A stretch of 62,238 nt of DNA, filler included, from Chiloscyllium plagiosum (Eukaryota), in NCBI RefSeq assembly GCF_004010195.1. It is 4 parts of one record of this genome, joined end to end, with 100 filler letters (N's around TTAATTAATTAA, not from the genome) between each part and the next. Parts side by side here need not be neighbours in the genome. Positions count along the whole stretch, not along the records: positions 1 to 27,417 come from NC_057714.1; 3 more parts are not named here. One strand, written 5' to 3'. This document shows positions 12,233 to 25,800 of the stretch, in pieces. Under the pieces are notes generated by a model that saw only the letters and a program-made list of their open reading frames with translations, did not search any database and was not told the origin of the DNA. The stretch's first letter is position 1, and the number at the start of each line of letters is the position of its first letter. The translations under genes were made by a program, and so were the position numbers.

Positions 12233-13224
12233 NNNNNNNNNNNNNNNNNNNNNNNNNNNNNNNNNNNNNNNNNNNNNNNNNNNNNNNNNNNNNNNNNNNN
12301 NNNNNNNNNNNNNNNNNNNNNNNNNNNNNNNNNNNNNNNNNNNNNNNNNNNNNNNNNNNNNNNNNNNNNNNNNNNNNNNNNNNNNNNNNNNNNNNNNNNN
12401 NNNNNNNNNNNNNNNNNNNNNNNNNNNNNNNNNNNNNNNNNNNNNNNNNNNNNNNNNNNNNNNNNNNNNNNNNNNNNNNNNNNNNNNNNNNNNNNNNNNN
12501 NNNNNNNNNNNNNNNNNNNNNNNNNNNNNNNNNNNNNNNNNNNNNNNNNNNNNNNNNNNNNNNNNNNNNNNNNNNNNNNNNNNNNNNNNNNNNNNNNNNN
12601 NNNNNNNNNNNNNNNNNNNNNNNNNNNNNNNNNNNNNNNNNNNNNNNNNNNNNNNNNNNNNNNNNNNNNNNNNNNNNNNNNNNNNNNNNNNNNNNNNNNN
12701 NNNNNNNNNNNNNNNNNNNNNNNNNNNNNNNNNNNNNNNNNNNNNNNNNNNNNNNNNNNNNNNNNNNNNNNNNNNNNNNNNNNNNNNNNNNNNNNNNNNN
12801 NNNNNNNNNNNNNNNNNNNNNNNNNNNNNNNNNNNNNNNNNNNNNNNNNNNNNNNNNNNNNNNNNNNNNNNNNNNNNNNNNNNNNNNNNNNNNNNNNNNN
12901 NNNNNNNNNNNNNNNNNNNNNNNNNNNNNNNNNNNNNNNNNNNNNNNNNNNNNNNNNNNNNNNNNNNNNNNNNNNNNNNNNNNNNNNNNNNNNNNNNNNN
13001 NNNNNNNNNNNNNNNNNNNNNNNNNNNNNNNNNNNNNNNNNNNNNNNNNNNNNNNNNNNNNNNNNNNNNNNNNNNNNNNNNNNNNNNNNNNNNNNNNNNN
13101 NNNNNNNNNNNNNNNNNNNNNNNNNNNNNNNNNNNNNNNNNNNNNNNNNNNNNNNNNNNNNNNNNNNNNNNNNNNNNNNNNNTCTTTTGAGCTACCCCCA
13201 CGCTCGCACGACCCCCCAATCTCA

Positions 13225-15340
13225 ATGAACAAAGAACATTACCGCACTGGAGCAGGCCCTTCAGCCCTCCAAGCCTGTGTCAATCCAGATCCTCTATCTA
13301 AACCTGCCACCTAGATTTTAAGGATCTGTATCCCTCTGCTCCCTGCCCATTCATATATCTGTCTAGATACATCTTAAATGACGCTATCGTTCCCATCCCT
13401 ACTACCTCCGCTGGCAACGCGTTCCAGGCACTTAACACTCTCTGTGGAAAGAACTTTCCATGTATATTTCCTTTAAACTTTCCCCTCTCACCTTGAACTC
13501 ATGACCCCTAGTAACTGAGTCCCCTACTCTGGGGAAAAGCTTCTTGCTATCCACCCTGTCTACACCTCTCATGGCTTTGTAGACCTCACTCAGGTCCCCA
13601 GTTTAACCTCTGTCTTTCCAATGAAAATAATCCTAACCTACTCAACCTCTCCTCATAGCTGGTGCCCTCCATACCAACAGCCTGGTGAACCTCCTCTGCA
13701 CCCTCTCCAAAGCATCCACATCCTTTCGGTAATGTGGCGACCAGAACTGTACACAGTATTCCAAATGTGGCTGAACCAACGTCTCATACAACTGTAACAT
13801 GACCTGCCAACTCTTGTACTCAATACCCCGTCCGATGAAGGAAAGCATGCCGTGTGCCTTCTTGACCACTCTACTGACCTGCGTTGCCACCTTCAGGGAA
13901 CAATGGACCTGAACACCCAGGTCTCTCTGTACATCAGTGTCCCCCAGGGCTGTTCCATTTACTGTACAATTCGCTCTGGAATTGGATCTTCCACAATGCA
14001 TCACATCGCGTTTTCCTAGACTGAACTCCATCCGCCATTTTTCTGCCGAACTCTCCAATCTACCTATATTCAGCTGCATTCTCTGACGGTCCCCTTCACT
14101 ATCTGCTACTCCACCAACGGTGTCATCTGCAAACTTGCTAATTAGACCACCTATACTTTCCTCCGGATCATTTATGTACAGGGCAACCTCAATTGTCCGA
14201 ACTTTGATTATCCGAATTTTGGATCATCTGAGCAAGGTCTCAAGGTCCTGATGCTTGGGTAAACTGTATTATCCGAACATTCGATTATCCAAACAAAATA
14301 TTCCCCACCCGTGTTGTTTGGATAATCGCGGTTGCCCTGTCTATCACAAACAACAGGGTTCCCAGCACGGATCCCTGTGGGACACCACTGGTCACAGGTC
14401 TACATTTTGAGAAACTCCCTTCCACTCCTACTCTCTGTCTCCTGTTGCCCAGCCAGTTCTCTATCCAGCTAGCTAGAACACCCTGGACCCCATGCGACTT
14501 CACCTTCTCCATCAGCCTTTATCAAACGCCTTGCTAAAGTCCATGTATATGACATCTACATCCCTTCCCTCATCAATCAACTTTGTCACCTCTTCAAAGG
14601 ATTCTATTAAGTTGGTAAGACATGACCTTCCCTACACAAAACCATGCTGCCTATCACTGATAAGCCTATTTTCTTCCAAATGGGTATATATCCCATCCCT
14701 CAGTGTCTTCTCCAGCAGCTTCCCTACCACTGACGTCAGGCTCACCGGTCTGTAATTACCTGGATTATCCCTGTTACCCTTCTTAAACAAGGGGATAACA
14801 TTAACAATTCTCCAGTCCTCTGGGACCACCCCATGTTCAAGGATGTTGCAAAGATATCTGTTAAAGCCCCAGCTATTTCCTCTCTCACTTCCCTCAGTAA
14901 CTTGGGATAGATCCCATCCAGACCTGGGGACTTGTCCACCTTAATGCCTTTTAGAATACCCAACACTTCCTAATCCTTATGCTGACTTGACCTAGAGTGC
15001 TCAAACATCTATCCCTAACCTCAACATTCGTCATGTCCCTCTCCTCGGTGAACACCGACGCAAAGTACTCATTAAGAATCTCACCTATTTTCTCTGACTC
15101 CATGCATATCTTTCCTCCTTTGTCCTTGAGTGGGCCAACCCTTTCTCTAGTTACCCTCTTGCTCCTTATCGATGAATACAAAGCTTTGGGATTTTCCTTA
15201 ACCCTGCTTGCTCAGGATATTTCATGACCTCTTTTAGCCCTCTTAATTCCCCGTTTCAGATTGGTCCTACTTTCCCGATATTCTTCCAAAGCTTTGTCTG
15301 TTTTTTAGTCCCCTAGACCTTATGTATGCTTCCTTTTCCC
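13225..15340 (-). mobile_element. CR1 ORF2 3' half with 3'UTR
   Basis: Consecutive minus-strand ORFs with NYRPVSLTS, QHGF, GVPQGSVLG, YCVQFWSP. Confidence 0.92.
14179..14339. mobile_element. 161-bp pogo/Tigger-like MITE inserted in CR1
   Basis: TIRs CAGGGCAACC..GGTTGCCCTG, TA on the left and TC (mutated TA) on the right, internal GATTATCCGAAC repeats; the CR1 sequence resumes on both sides. Confidence 0.8.
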
Positions 15341-15746
15341 TCTATCACGCCTGAAGTATCAATATCTTGGGATATTTAGTTGCCCATCATGCCCTTCCAT
15401 CAACCAAGTCTCAGTCAAAGAAGGTCTCTAGCACCACACCCCCTACCCACCTCTTGCATCCCTCACTCTCACTCTTGTGCCCCCCCCCCCCCCCCCCCCC
15501 CNNNNNNNNNNNNNNNNNNNNNNNNNNNNNNNNNNNNNNNNNNNNNNNNNNNNNNNNNNNNNNNNNNNNNNNNNACTCGTGTTCCCCATTCTCACGCCTC
15601 CCCCCACTCTCACACCCCTCCCCCCTCCTCCACCACAGTATTTGACAAACTGAGTGGTTTCCCCCCAGTGGGCCACCCCCCTTCACACCCTGAGAGTGGG
15701 CAGGGGGAGGGGTGGGGGTGGGTATTGACTGGCCCATGTTACTCAC

Positions 15747-15852
15747 AGTTTCTGGCACCGGCTTCCTGCAGTGCCCTCGGGACATTCACATTTATTAAAC
15801 TGCCGACAGGTGCCTCCGTGTTGGCACAGGGGAACACATGGCGTTATCACAG
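15747..15852 (-). CDS. EGF-repeat protein: last EGF exon
   Basis: tctgtgcag|CT...AAACT|gtgag, 106 nt, phase 1-2; AVITPCVPLCQHGGTCRQFNKCECPEGTAGSRCQKL. Confidence 0.92.
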
Positions 15853-16189
15853 CTGCACAGACAATCAGAGAATGGTCACTGCACAGCAGGAGGCCATTAC
15901 ACCCATCACACTGGTGCTGACCCACTGCCCTACCTGCTCCCAGACTCTCCCTGAATGATTCCATTCTCTCTTTCAGCCTTGGTTGACCTTGAACGCCCCC
16001 ACACTCTCATTCTAAACCCTATCCACTTGCTGCTCCATGTGTCATCGCTGCTTCTTTCATTGATCTCTGCAAACGTTTGACCTCTACTGTTTGATCCTTC
16101 CACCAATGAGAACAATCTTTACCAACTGACTCAGCCCAGAGTCCCTATGATTGTACACACGTCCCTCTAATCTCCTCCCAGATCCCAAG

Positions 16190-18410
16190 TCCCCCATTCC
16201 TGGGATGTGGCACTGCTGGCTAGGCCAACATTTATTGCCTGTCCCTAGCTGCCCCTGGAAGTGTGGTGATGAGCTGCCTTCCTGAACCGCTGCAGCCCAT
16301 GTGCTCTGGGTTGACCCACGATGCCCTGAGGGAGGAAATTCCAGGATTTTGACCCAGTGACAGTGAAGAAATGATGATATATTTCCAAGTCAAGATGGCA
16401 AGTGGAGGGGGAATTGCAGAGGGGTGGTGTTCCCATGTATCTGCTGCCCTTGTCCTTCTAGATGGAAGTGGCTGTGGGTTTGGAAGGTGCTGTCTGAGGA
16501 CCTTTGGTGAATTTCTGCATCTTGTAGACAGTACACACTGCTGCTACTGAGCGTTGGTGGGGGAGGGAGTGGATGCTTGTGGATGTGGTGCCAGTCAAGT
16601 GGCTGCTTTGTCCTGGATGGTGTCGAGTTTCTTGAGTGTTGTTGGAGCTGCCCCCACCCAGGGCAAATGGGGAGTATTCTATCACACTCTTGACTTGTGC
16701 CTTGTAGATGGTGGACAGTATTTGGGGAGTCAGGAGGTGACTTACTTGCCGCAGTATTCCCAGCCTCTGACCTGCTCTTCTAGCCACTGCATTCATAAAG
16801 GTATTAGTAAGATCATAAGGTGTAGGTGTAGGTGCATAAGCAGGCCATTCAGCCCATTCAGCCCTGGCCCTCCATTCAATGTGATCATTGTTAATCTGAT
16901 CATCCTCAACTCCACATACCTGTCTTTTCCCCATAACCTTCCATTCCCCTTCCTGATTAAAACTGTCTGCCTCAGCCTTGAGTACACTTCATGATCCAGT
17001 CTCGACTGCCCTCTATGGTAAAGAATTCCACAGATTTATGAGTCTCTGAGGGAAGAGATTCTTTCTGATCTCTGTCTTAAATGGGAGACTCTTTATTCTG
17101 AGATAGTGTGCTCTGGTCCCAGACTCTCCCTCAACCTTTCCACATCTGCCTTTGTCAAGTGCCTGAAGAATCTTGCATCTCATCCTTCAAATCTCCAATG
17201 AGTACAAGTCCGACCTACTCAACTGCTCCTGTCAGGGATCAACCTCTGAAAGGTTGGTGAGAAAAAGGACAGTGAATATGAATGGTGTTCACCAGCTTTT
17301 ATATTTTACTGAACTGCCCCGCTTTTCCCCAGTTCCCTTAAATTGGTTTTCCTAAAGTCTAGTGTATCTGATGACAGATAGAAAAGACAATCTGAAAGAC
17401 TCTGGCACCCTGAGAATATAATGTTGGAACATCTCAGTAAGTCAGTGAGCATCTCTGCAGAAACCCCACAGCACATTGTTCAGAATGATCACTTTACCTT
17501 GAAGCTGAAGACAGAGACAAATCTAACAGGTTTCCCGACAGGTGTCAATTACAAATACAAAGCTGGAGAGAGACATGAGAGTTCATGGGACGTGTTCACA
17601 TGAAGCTGTGGATGGCTGCTTTCTCAGGCAGAGGGCAGGTGACCCTGAGAAAGACGGTGAGCTGTGATTGCATAGGATGGTTCGCATAAGGATGGTCCAG
17701 GTCAGTCTGAGCCTGGGATGTTGATAGTGGGAGATTCAGCAATGGTAACACCATTGAATGTAAGGGGCAGTGGTTAGATGGTCTCTTATTGGTGCTGGTC
17801 ATTACCTGGCCTTTGTGTGCCACTTGTCAACCCAAGCCTGGATACTATCCAGACCTTGTTGCACTTGAACATGGACTGCTTCAGTATCTGAGGAGTAGTG
17901 AATGGTGCTGAACATTGGTTCATTGGTGAACATCCCCACTCTGACCTTATGATGGAGGAAAGTTCATTGATGAAGCAACTGAAGATGGTTGGGCCTAGGA
18001 CACTACCCAGGATGTCTTGGAGCTGAGATGACTGACCTTCCACAATTACAAACTATGTGTCAGTTTGCCCCCTGATACCCACTGATTCCAGTTTTGCTCA
18101 GGCTCCTTGATGCCACACTCAGTTGAATGCAGCCTTGATGTTAAGGGCTGTCCCTCTCCCCTCCCCTCTGGAATCCAGCTCTTTTGTCCATGTTTGACCC
18201 AAGGCTGTAATGAGGTCAGGATCTGAGTGACCCTGGGGGAACCCAAACTGGACATCACTGAGCAGGTTATTGCTGAGCATGTGCTGCTTGGTAGCTCTGT
18301 TACTGACACCGTCCATCACTTCACTGAGGATCGAGAGGAGACTGATGGGGCAGGAATTGGCTATTTGGGATTTGTCCTCCATTTTAGTGATGTTTGGGCA
18401 ATTGTCCATG
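16190..18410 (-). mobile_element. Fragments of a second CR1/L2-group LINE family plus a CR1 3' end (16810-17230)
   Basis: RAGQRLGILR..LSTIYKAQVKSVIEYSP, SVLGPTIFSCFIN, QFGFPQGHS motifs; same family as 57530-59995. Confidence 0.8.
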
Positions 18411-20469
18411 TTATCAATAGTTTAAGTCACCTTTTGACAAGTTTACACTTCTAGATTTATTAACTGCATTTACAAAGCACCTGCTGTTGGGATGGGATTT
18501 GAACCCATGTGTACTGAGCTTCAGCCAAAGCCTCTGGGTTACTATTTCAGTGATGTTACAACAACTCCAGCATTTCCCCCGTGAGGTGGCTCAGCTCATA
18601 ATATTGTTAGGACCAGAGCCAGATGGCTCAGAGCTGATGTCAGCAGCATCTCATACACGAAAAGGACAGGGGACCCCGCTCCCTGAAAAACTGGGGAGAC
18701 TGGGGACCAGTGGAAAAGTGTCTGACCGCTGGACTGGCTGAGGGCTGAAGGAGAACAAGGTAAGGAAAGCCAGATAGTGGTGAGGGCTGATCATACCCAT
18801 TCTCTTCACATTACCCTTCCAGAGGGAGTCTTTCTGAGGGAGTGGTGGGGACAGTGGGATCTCCAGTGATCAGGCATGGGGGGGGGATTTAAGGGTGATG
18901 GCAAGGTGGGCGGGTCGGGGGGTGGGCGCGATAGGGAGAGCTGATGGGGATTGCACAGTTGAGGACGTGCTGAGAGTGTAGGATGGTTAGGGCTTGTAGG
19001 AATTGGGCAGATGGAGATGGGCAGGTATATGAGGAAATGCTGGGCCATTAGGGGTAGTAGGGGCTTACTGAAGTTCAGGTATACAGAGGGTTTGGGGGAC
19101 AAGCTGGGGAAAGGATAACTGTAATGGGGGCTGTTTGGAGCTGGGTGTCTGTGGCAAGTGTTGTATGGGCGATGTATTATGGAGGTGGCTAATACTGAGA
19201 GCAGGGATACAGCGGGCTGTGTTTGGTTGGGGGTGGAAGCAGGAATTTCGGAAACCTCACCTGTCTCACAGCTCTTTCCTGTAAACTGGCTGCGACATCG
19301 GCATTTATTGTATCCAACGCANNNNNNNNNNNNNNNNNNNNNNNNNNNNNNNNNNNNNNNNNNNNNNNNNNNNNNNNNNNNNNNNNNNNNNNNNNNNNNN
19401 NNNNNNNNNNNNNNNNNNNNNNNNNNNNNNNNNNNNNNNNNNNNNNNNNNNNNNNNNNNNNNNNNNNNNNNNNNNNNNNNNNNNNNNNNNNNNNNNNNNN
19501 NNNNNNNNNNNNNNNNNNNNNNNNNNNNNNNNNNNNNNNNNNNNNNNNNNNNNNNNNNNNNNNNNNNNNNNNNNNNNNNNNNNNNNNNNNNNNNNNNNNN
19601 NNNNNNNNNNNNNNNNNNNNNNNNNNNNNNNNNNNNNNNNNNNNNNNNNNNNNNNNNNNNNNNNNNNNNNNNNNNNNNNNNNNNNNNNNNNNNNNNNNNN
19701 NNNNNNNNNNNNNNNNNNNNNNNNNNNNNNNNNNNNNNNNNNNNNNNNNNNNNNNNNNNNNNNNNNNNNNNNNNNNNNNNNNNNNNNNNNNNNNNNNNNN
19801 NNNNNNNNNNNNNNNNNNNNNTGATGCTAATTATTGCACATTTCTACTGGATACGGCTGTGTTCATAGACAGACTGACACAGATCACATGGACACAACAG
19901 GGAAAGTGTGAGGACTACGCCTTTAAAAATGTGCATGAGGCTGGAATACAGCATGGTGTGGACAATGTCTGTGCTGAAGAGGGTTTAACACGTGACATCT
20001 CCACAGTGAGAAGTGTACAAGTTAAAGTTGGTACTGGTTGACCTGATGTTTCCAGCTGGGCCTGGGTCTGGGCCAGGCAGACAGTCAGTTGTTAGTGATA
20101 TGGGGGTGATCAGCGTGGTGTGTGTTGGACATGAAGTTAAGGTGGGACATCTACCATGCTGCATTGTGCATGAGACCCACTCCCCGTTGTTCTGGTGTCC
20201 AGCATGTGTCAGCTGTTTCGATCTTTACTGAATGGTTACAGCACAGAAAGAAGCCATTTGGCCCATCACTTCAGTGCCAGCTCTCTCCAAAGTGCCACTC
20301 CCCCAGCTGTTTGCTGCAGCCCCTGCACATGTCAACCTGAACCTCATGGAACTGGGATCACTATCTCTGAAATTTTTCACAATAAAGGGATGATCCCCTT
20401 GACCCACTTCATTCCCAAGATTCCCATTGAGCTGGGAATGGATACGTAGTGCTGTAAATGTACTGCTCC

Positions 20470-21500
20470 AAGGTCCCAGACACACCTTCCAGGTGAGGCA
20501 GCACTTTACCTGCACTTCCACAATCTGGTCCACTGCATTAGCTGCTCACAAAGTGGTCTCCTCTACATTGGAGAAACAAAACATAGACTGGGTGACCTCT
20601 TCATAGATCATCTATGTTCTGCCCGCAATAAAGACCCTGAGTTTCCTGTTGCCTGCCAGTTTAGCACCCCACCCTGTTCCCAGCCAATATCTCTGTCTCA
20701 GGCTTGCTGCAGTGCTCCATTTAAGCTCAGCACAAGCTGGAAGAACAGCATCTCACTTTCCACTTGGGGACCCTGCAGCCACTGGACTCAATACTGAGTT
20801 TCTGGATTAGTGGTGCTGGAAGAGCACAGCAGTTCAGGCAGCACCAGGCTCTCTGCCTTTATTCCTGAGAAGGCCTTTTGCCCGAATCGTCGATTTTATT
20901 GCTCCTCGGATGCTGCCTGAACTGCTGTGCTCTTCCAGCACCACNNNNNNNNNNNNNNNNNNNNNNNNNNNNNNNNNNNNNNNNNNNCCCCACCCTCCTC
21001 TAGCTTATCTCTCCACCCTTCAGGCTCTCTGCCTGTATTCCTGATGAAGGGCTTTTGCCTGAAACATCGATTTTACTGCTCCTCGGATGTTGCCTGAACT
21101 GCTGTGTTTTTCCAGCACCACTCATCCAGAATCTGGTTTCCAGCATCTGCACTCATTGTACTTGCCTCAATACTGAGTTTAACAATGTTAGGGGTTGAGC
21201 ATCTTCTCCTATGTCCTTACCCCAAACCCTACACCCAGACTTTGTCATCACATGGACTACTAGGGTAACCTTGACCCACTCCTTCCTCTGCCCAACTGTT
21301 TTCTTCAGTAATCGTTCATCCCTCAAGCTCCACCACCACCCCAACCCATCTTCAGCATAAGCACCAACCTTTTCCAAATTACTATCAGTTCTGAGGAAGG
21401 GTCACTGGATGAAATATTAACTCTGGTTTCTCTCCACAGATGCTACCAGACCTACTGAGTTTTTCCAGCAATTTCTGATTTGGTTTCTGATTTCTAGTTT
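20470..21500 (+). mobile_element. Penelope-like element (GIY-YIG region) with a nested Penelope terminal insertion at 20802-21165
   Basis: LVHCISCSQSGLLYIGETK..LGD GIY-YIG motif; 15-bp direct repeat CTCAATACTGAGTTT at 20787-20801 and 21166-21180 flanks the insert. Confidence 0.75.
21038..21074 (+). ncRNA. Minimal hammerhead ribozyme core (Penelope-type)
   Basis: CTGATGA-A-GGGC-TTTT-GCCT-GAAAC-ATC. Confidence 0.55.
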
Positions 21501-21539
21501 CAGCAGTTCTTTGCTTTTGTTTCCGGTTTTCTGAGTTTA

Positions 21540-21905
21540 TCCAGACCCTCTTCATCTCTGAAATGCCCCATCCCAGGCAACATCCTGGTGAACCTCCTCT
21601 GCAACCCCTCCAGTGCAATCAGACCCTTCCTATAATGTGGTGACCGGAACTGCACATAGTACTCTAGCTGTGATCTAACCTAAGTCCTGTGCAGCTCCAA
21701 CATAACCCTCCCTGTTCTTATAATCTATGCTTGGACTGATAAAGCTAAGTGTCCTGTATTCCTTCCAAACTGCCCTATGAACCTGTCCTGCTGCCTTCAG
21801 GGATCTGTGCACAAACACCCCAAGATCTCTTGGTTCCTCCTCTTGTTCTGCCATTCATTGAGTACTCTCTTGTCCTGTTGCCTCTTCTAAAGTGCATCCC
21901 ATCAC
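21540..21905 (-). mobile_element. CR1 fragment
   Basis: Antisense of the [18 protein letters not shown] region. Confidence 0.75.
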
Positions 21906-21977
21906 ATTTATTCTATTCAAGAATTGAGAAGAGCCTGTCCTGAGAGCTGTCTCCATGTGTGTGAGTCACGTACCTAC

Positions 21978-22073
21978 CTGTCAGACACTGTATCCCTGTG
22001 TAGTCAGAAGGACACTGGCAGGTATTGGGGGCAATACATCTCCCTCCGTTAGCGCACGGCAAGTCACACACAG
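21978..22073 (-). CDS. EGF-repeat protein: short EGF exon
   Basis: Pyrimidine tract then ggaag|CT...ACAG|gtagg, 96 nt, phase 1-1; AVCDLPCANGGRCIAPNTCQCPSDYTGIQCLT. Confidence 0.92.
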
Positions 22074-22877
22074 CTTCCCAATGGAGGAGAAGAGAAAATC
22101 CAGGGGTTACTGCTAGACACTGACATTTCATTGATAAAAATCCCACCCACACCTATAAGGAGAATGGGAAAGCTGGACAGTGATCTTGATGAACAGCTCA
22201 GGCAGGGCTTTAGTCAGACCACACACTGGTCCATAATAAATTCCACTGCAGTGGTCTCTTCCTGATCACTGGGCATGCCAAAGATGGCAAGGTCAAAGAC
22301 ACAGCTCCTTTAACGGGGACCTTTGAGATTGCAGGTTGTGAGAGCAGTGGAACTGCAGCTGGACATGTCATGGTACTGATGCTGGGAGAATGAACCGAAT
22401 CATTCAGGAGCATGGGTTCCACAGAACCTGCTGTAATTAAACTCCAATGACACAATGAAGAAATCGGGAATGGAAAGCTTCTCTTCATGATGAAGACAGA
22501 AGCTATCACCAAATCTCAAAAACTGTACCTCCTTCAGCACTGAACTTTCCAGACCGAAACCTGGCCTGCCCTCTGTGTGCCCCTAGACCTAATTGCCCTC
22601 TGAAATGGTCAAGTGAACCACACAGATGTATCAAAATACGACAAAGTCTCACAGGTGAAATGAAACCAGATGGACACCTGGCATCAACTGAGACACCAGA
22701 AAACACAGCAGCAGAAACTGCTCTGTCAACCCTGCAGGGACCTCCTCATCACCATCACGGGGTTAGTGCCAACAGTGGGAGAGCTGTCTCACAGACTGAC
22801 ACAATCATACTCAGGGAATCATACCAGCAGGACAGATCCAGCAGAGGAGGTGGCACAGGAGTGATAACACAGTGCCT

Positions 22878-25800
22878 CACTGTCGGAGGGTCAGTGCTGA
22901 GGGAGTGGGCCCTGTTGGAGGGTCAGTGCTGAGGAAGTGCCACACTGTCGGAGGGTCAGTGCTGAGTGAGTGGGCACTGTCAAAGGGTCAGTGCTGAGGG
23001 ACTGCGACACTGTCAGAGGGTCAGTGCTGAGGGAGGCCCACACTGTCGGAGGGTCAGTGCTGAGGGAGTGGGCACAGTTGGAGGGTCAGTGCTGAGGGAG
23101 TGGGCACTGTCAGACAGTCAGGGCTGACAGAGCGCCACCCTGTCAGAGGGTCAGTACAGAAGGAGTACTGCAGTGTCGGAGGGTCAGTGCTGAGGGAGTG
23201 TCACACTGTTGGAGGGTCAGTGCTGACAGAACGCTGCACTGTCAGATGGTCAGTGCTGAGGGAGCACCGCACTGTCGAAGGGTCACACTGAGGGAGTGCC
23301 GCAGTGTTGAAGAGTTAGGATTGAGGAAGTGTTGCACTGTTGGAGTGTCTGTGTTGAGAGAGTGTCACACAGTCGGAGGTTCAGTGCTGAGGTAGTGGCC
23401 ACTGTCAGAGGGTCTGTGCTGAGGGAGTGGGCACTGTTGGAGGGTCAGTGCTAAGGGAGTGCCACACTGTTGGAGGGTCAGTGCTGAGGGAGTGCCGCAC
23501 TGTTGGAGGGTCAGGACCGAGGGAGCACTGCAATTTTGGGGGAAACATTAGCGTGGTGCTGGAAAAGCACAGCAGATCAGGCAGCATCCAAGGAGCAGGA
23601 AAATCAACGTTTCAGGCAAAAGCCGTTCATCAGATGTTTTAGCTTTTACTGATAGAAGGATTGAGTTTTGGAGCCATGAGATCAGGCTAAGGGAGTGTCA
23701 CACTGTTGAAGGGTCAGTGCTGAGGGAGCGCCACACTGTCAGATGGTCAGTGCTGAGGGAGTGCCACATAGTTGGAGGGACGGTGCTGAGATAGTGCCAC
23801 ACTGTCGGAGGTCAGTGCTGAGAGAGCGCCACACTGTGGGAGGGTCAGCGCTGAGGGAGTGCCGCACTGTGGGAGGGTCAGTGCTGAGGGAGCACCGCAT
23901 TGTCGGAAGGTCAGTGCTGAGGGAGTGCCACACTGTTGGAGGGTCAGTGCTGAGGGAGCACAGCACTAGCAAAGGGTCACACTGAGGGAGTGCCGCAGTG
24001 TTGAAGGGTCAGGACTGAGGGAGTGGTGCACTGATGGAGGGTTTATGCTGAGGGAGTGTCACACTGTCGGAGGTTCAGTGCTGAGGTAGTAGGCACTATC
24101 GCAGGGTCAGTGCTGAGGGAGCACCGCACTGTCGAAGGGTCGGTGCTGAGGGAATGTCACACTGTCGGAGGTTCAGTGCTGAGATAGTGGGCACTGACGA
24201 AGGGTCATGCTGAGGGAATGCTGCACTGTCAGAGGCTCAGTGCTGAGGGAGCACCGCACTGACGAAGGGTCATACTGAGGGAGTGCCGCAATTTTGGAGG
24301 CAAAATTAGCGTGGTGCCGGACAAGCACAGCAGGTCAGGCAGCATCCAAGGAGCAGGAAAATCGATCTTTCAGCAAAAGCCCTTCATCAGATGTGTTAGC
24401 TTTTACTGATAGAAGGATTGAGTTTTGGAGCCATGAGGTCATGCTGAGGGACCGCCACACTGTCGGAGAGTTGGAACTGAGGGAGTGTTGCACTGTCGGA
24501 GGGTCAGTGCTGAGGGAGCGCCACACTGTCGTAGAGTCAGCGCTGAGGGAGCACCGCACTGTTGGAGGGTCAGTGCTGAGCGAGCGCTGCACTGTCGGAG
24601 GGTGAGTGCTGAGGGAGCGCCGCACTGTCGGAGGGTCAGTGCTGAGGGAGCACCACACTGTTGGAGGGTCAGTGCTGAGGGAGCGCCACACCGTTGGAGG
24701 GTCAGTGCTGAGGGAGCGCCACACTGTTGGAGAGTCAGCGCTGAGGGAGCACCGCATTGTTGGAGGGTCAGTGCTGAGGGAGAACCGCACTGTCGGAGGG
24801 TCAGTGCTGAGGGAGCGCCACACTGTTGGAGGGTCAGTGCTGAGGGAGCGACACATTGTCGGAGGGTCAGTGCTGAGGGAGCGCCGCACTGTCAGAGGGT
24901 CAGTACTGAGGGAGCGCCGCACTGTCGGACGGTCAGTGCTGAGGGAGCACCACACTGTTGGAGGGTCAGTGCTGAGGGAGCGCCACACTGTTGGAGGGTC
25001 AGTGCTGAGGGAGCACAGCACTAGCGAAAGATCGCACTGAGGGAGTGCCGCAGTGTTGGAGGATTTGAGGTGGGCACTATCACAGGGTCAGTGCTGAGGG
25101 AGAGGGCACTGATGGAGGGTTAGTGCTGAGGGAGTGGACACTAGCGCAGGGTCAGTGCTGAGGTAGAGGGCACTGTTGGATGGTTAGTGCTGAGGGAGCA
25201 CCGCATTGATGAAGGGTCATACTGAGGGAGTGCTGCACTGTCAAAGGGTCAGGACAGAGGGAGCGCTGCAATTTTGGAGGCAAAATTAGCGTGGTGCTGG
25301 AAAAGCACAGCAGGTCAGGCAGCATCCAAGGAGAAGGAAAATCGACGTTTCAGGCAAAAGTCCTTCATCAGACATGTTAGCTTTTATGGATAGAAGGATT
25401 GAGTTTTGGAGCCATGCGGTCATGCTGAAGGAGTGCCGCACTTGTGGAGGGTCAGTGCTGAGGGAGCACCACACTGTCGGAGAGTTAGAACTGAGGGAGC
25501 ATTGCACTGTCGGAGGGTCAATGCAGAGGGAGTGCTGCACTGTCAGAGGGTCAGAACTGAGGGAGCACCGCACTTTCGGAAGGTCAGTGCAAAGAGAGTG
25601 CCGCACTATTGGAGGATGAGTGCAGAGGGAGTGCCACACTGTCGGAGGGTCAGTGCTGAGGGAGCGCTACACTGTCGTAGGGTCAGTGCTGAGGGAGCGC
25701 TACACTGTCGTAGGGTCAGTGCTGAGGAAGCGTCACACTGTCGGAGAATCAGAACTGTGGGAGTGCCGCACTGTTACAGGGTCAGTACTGAGGGAGAGCC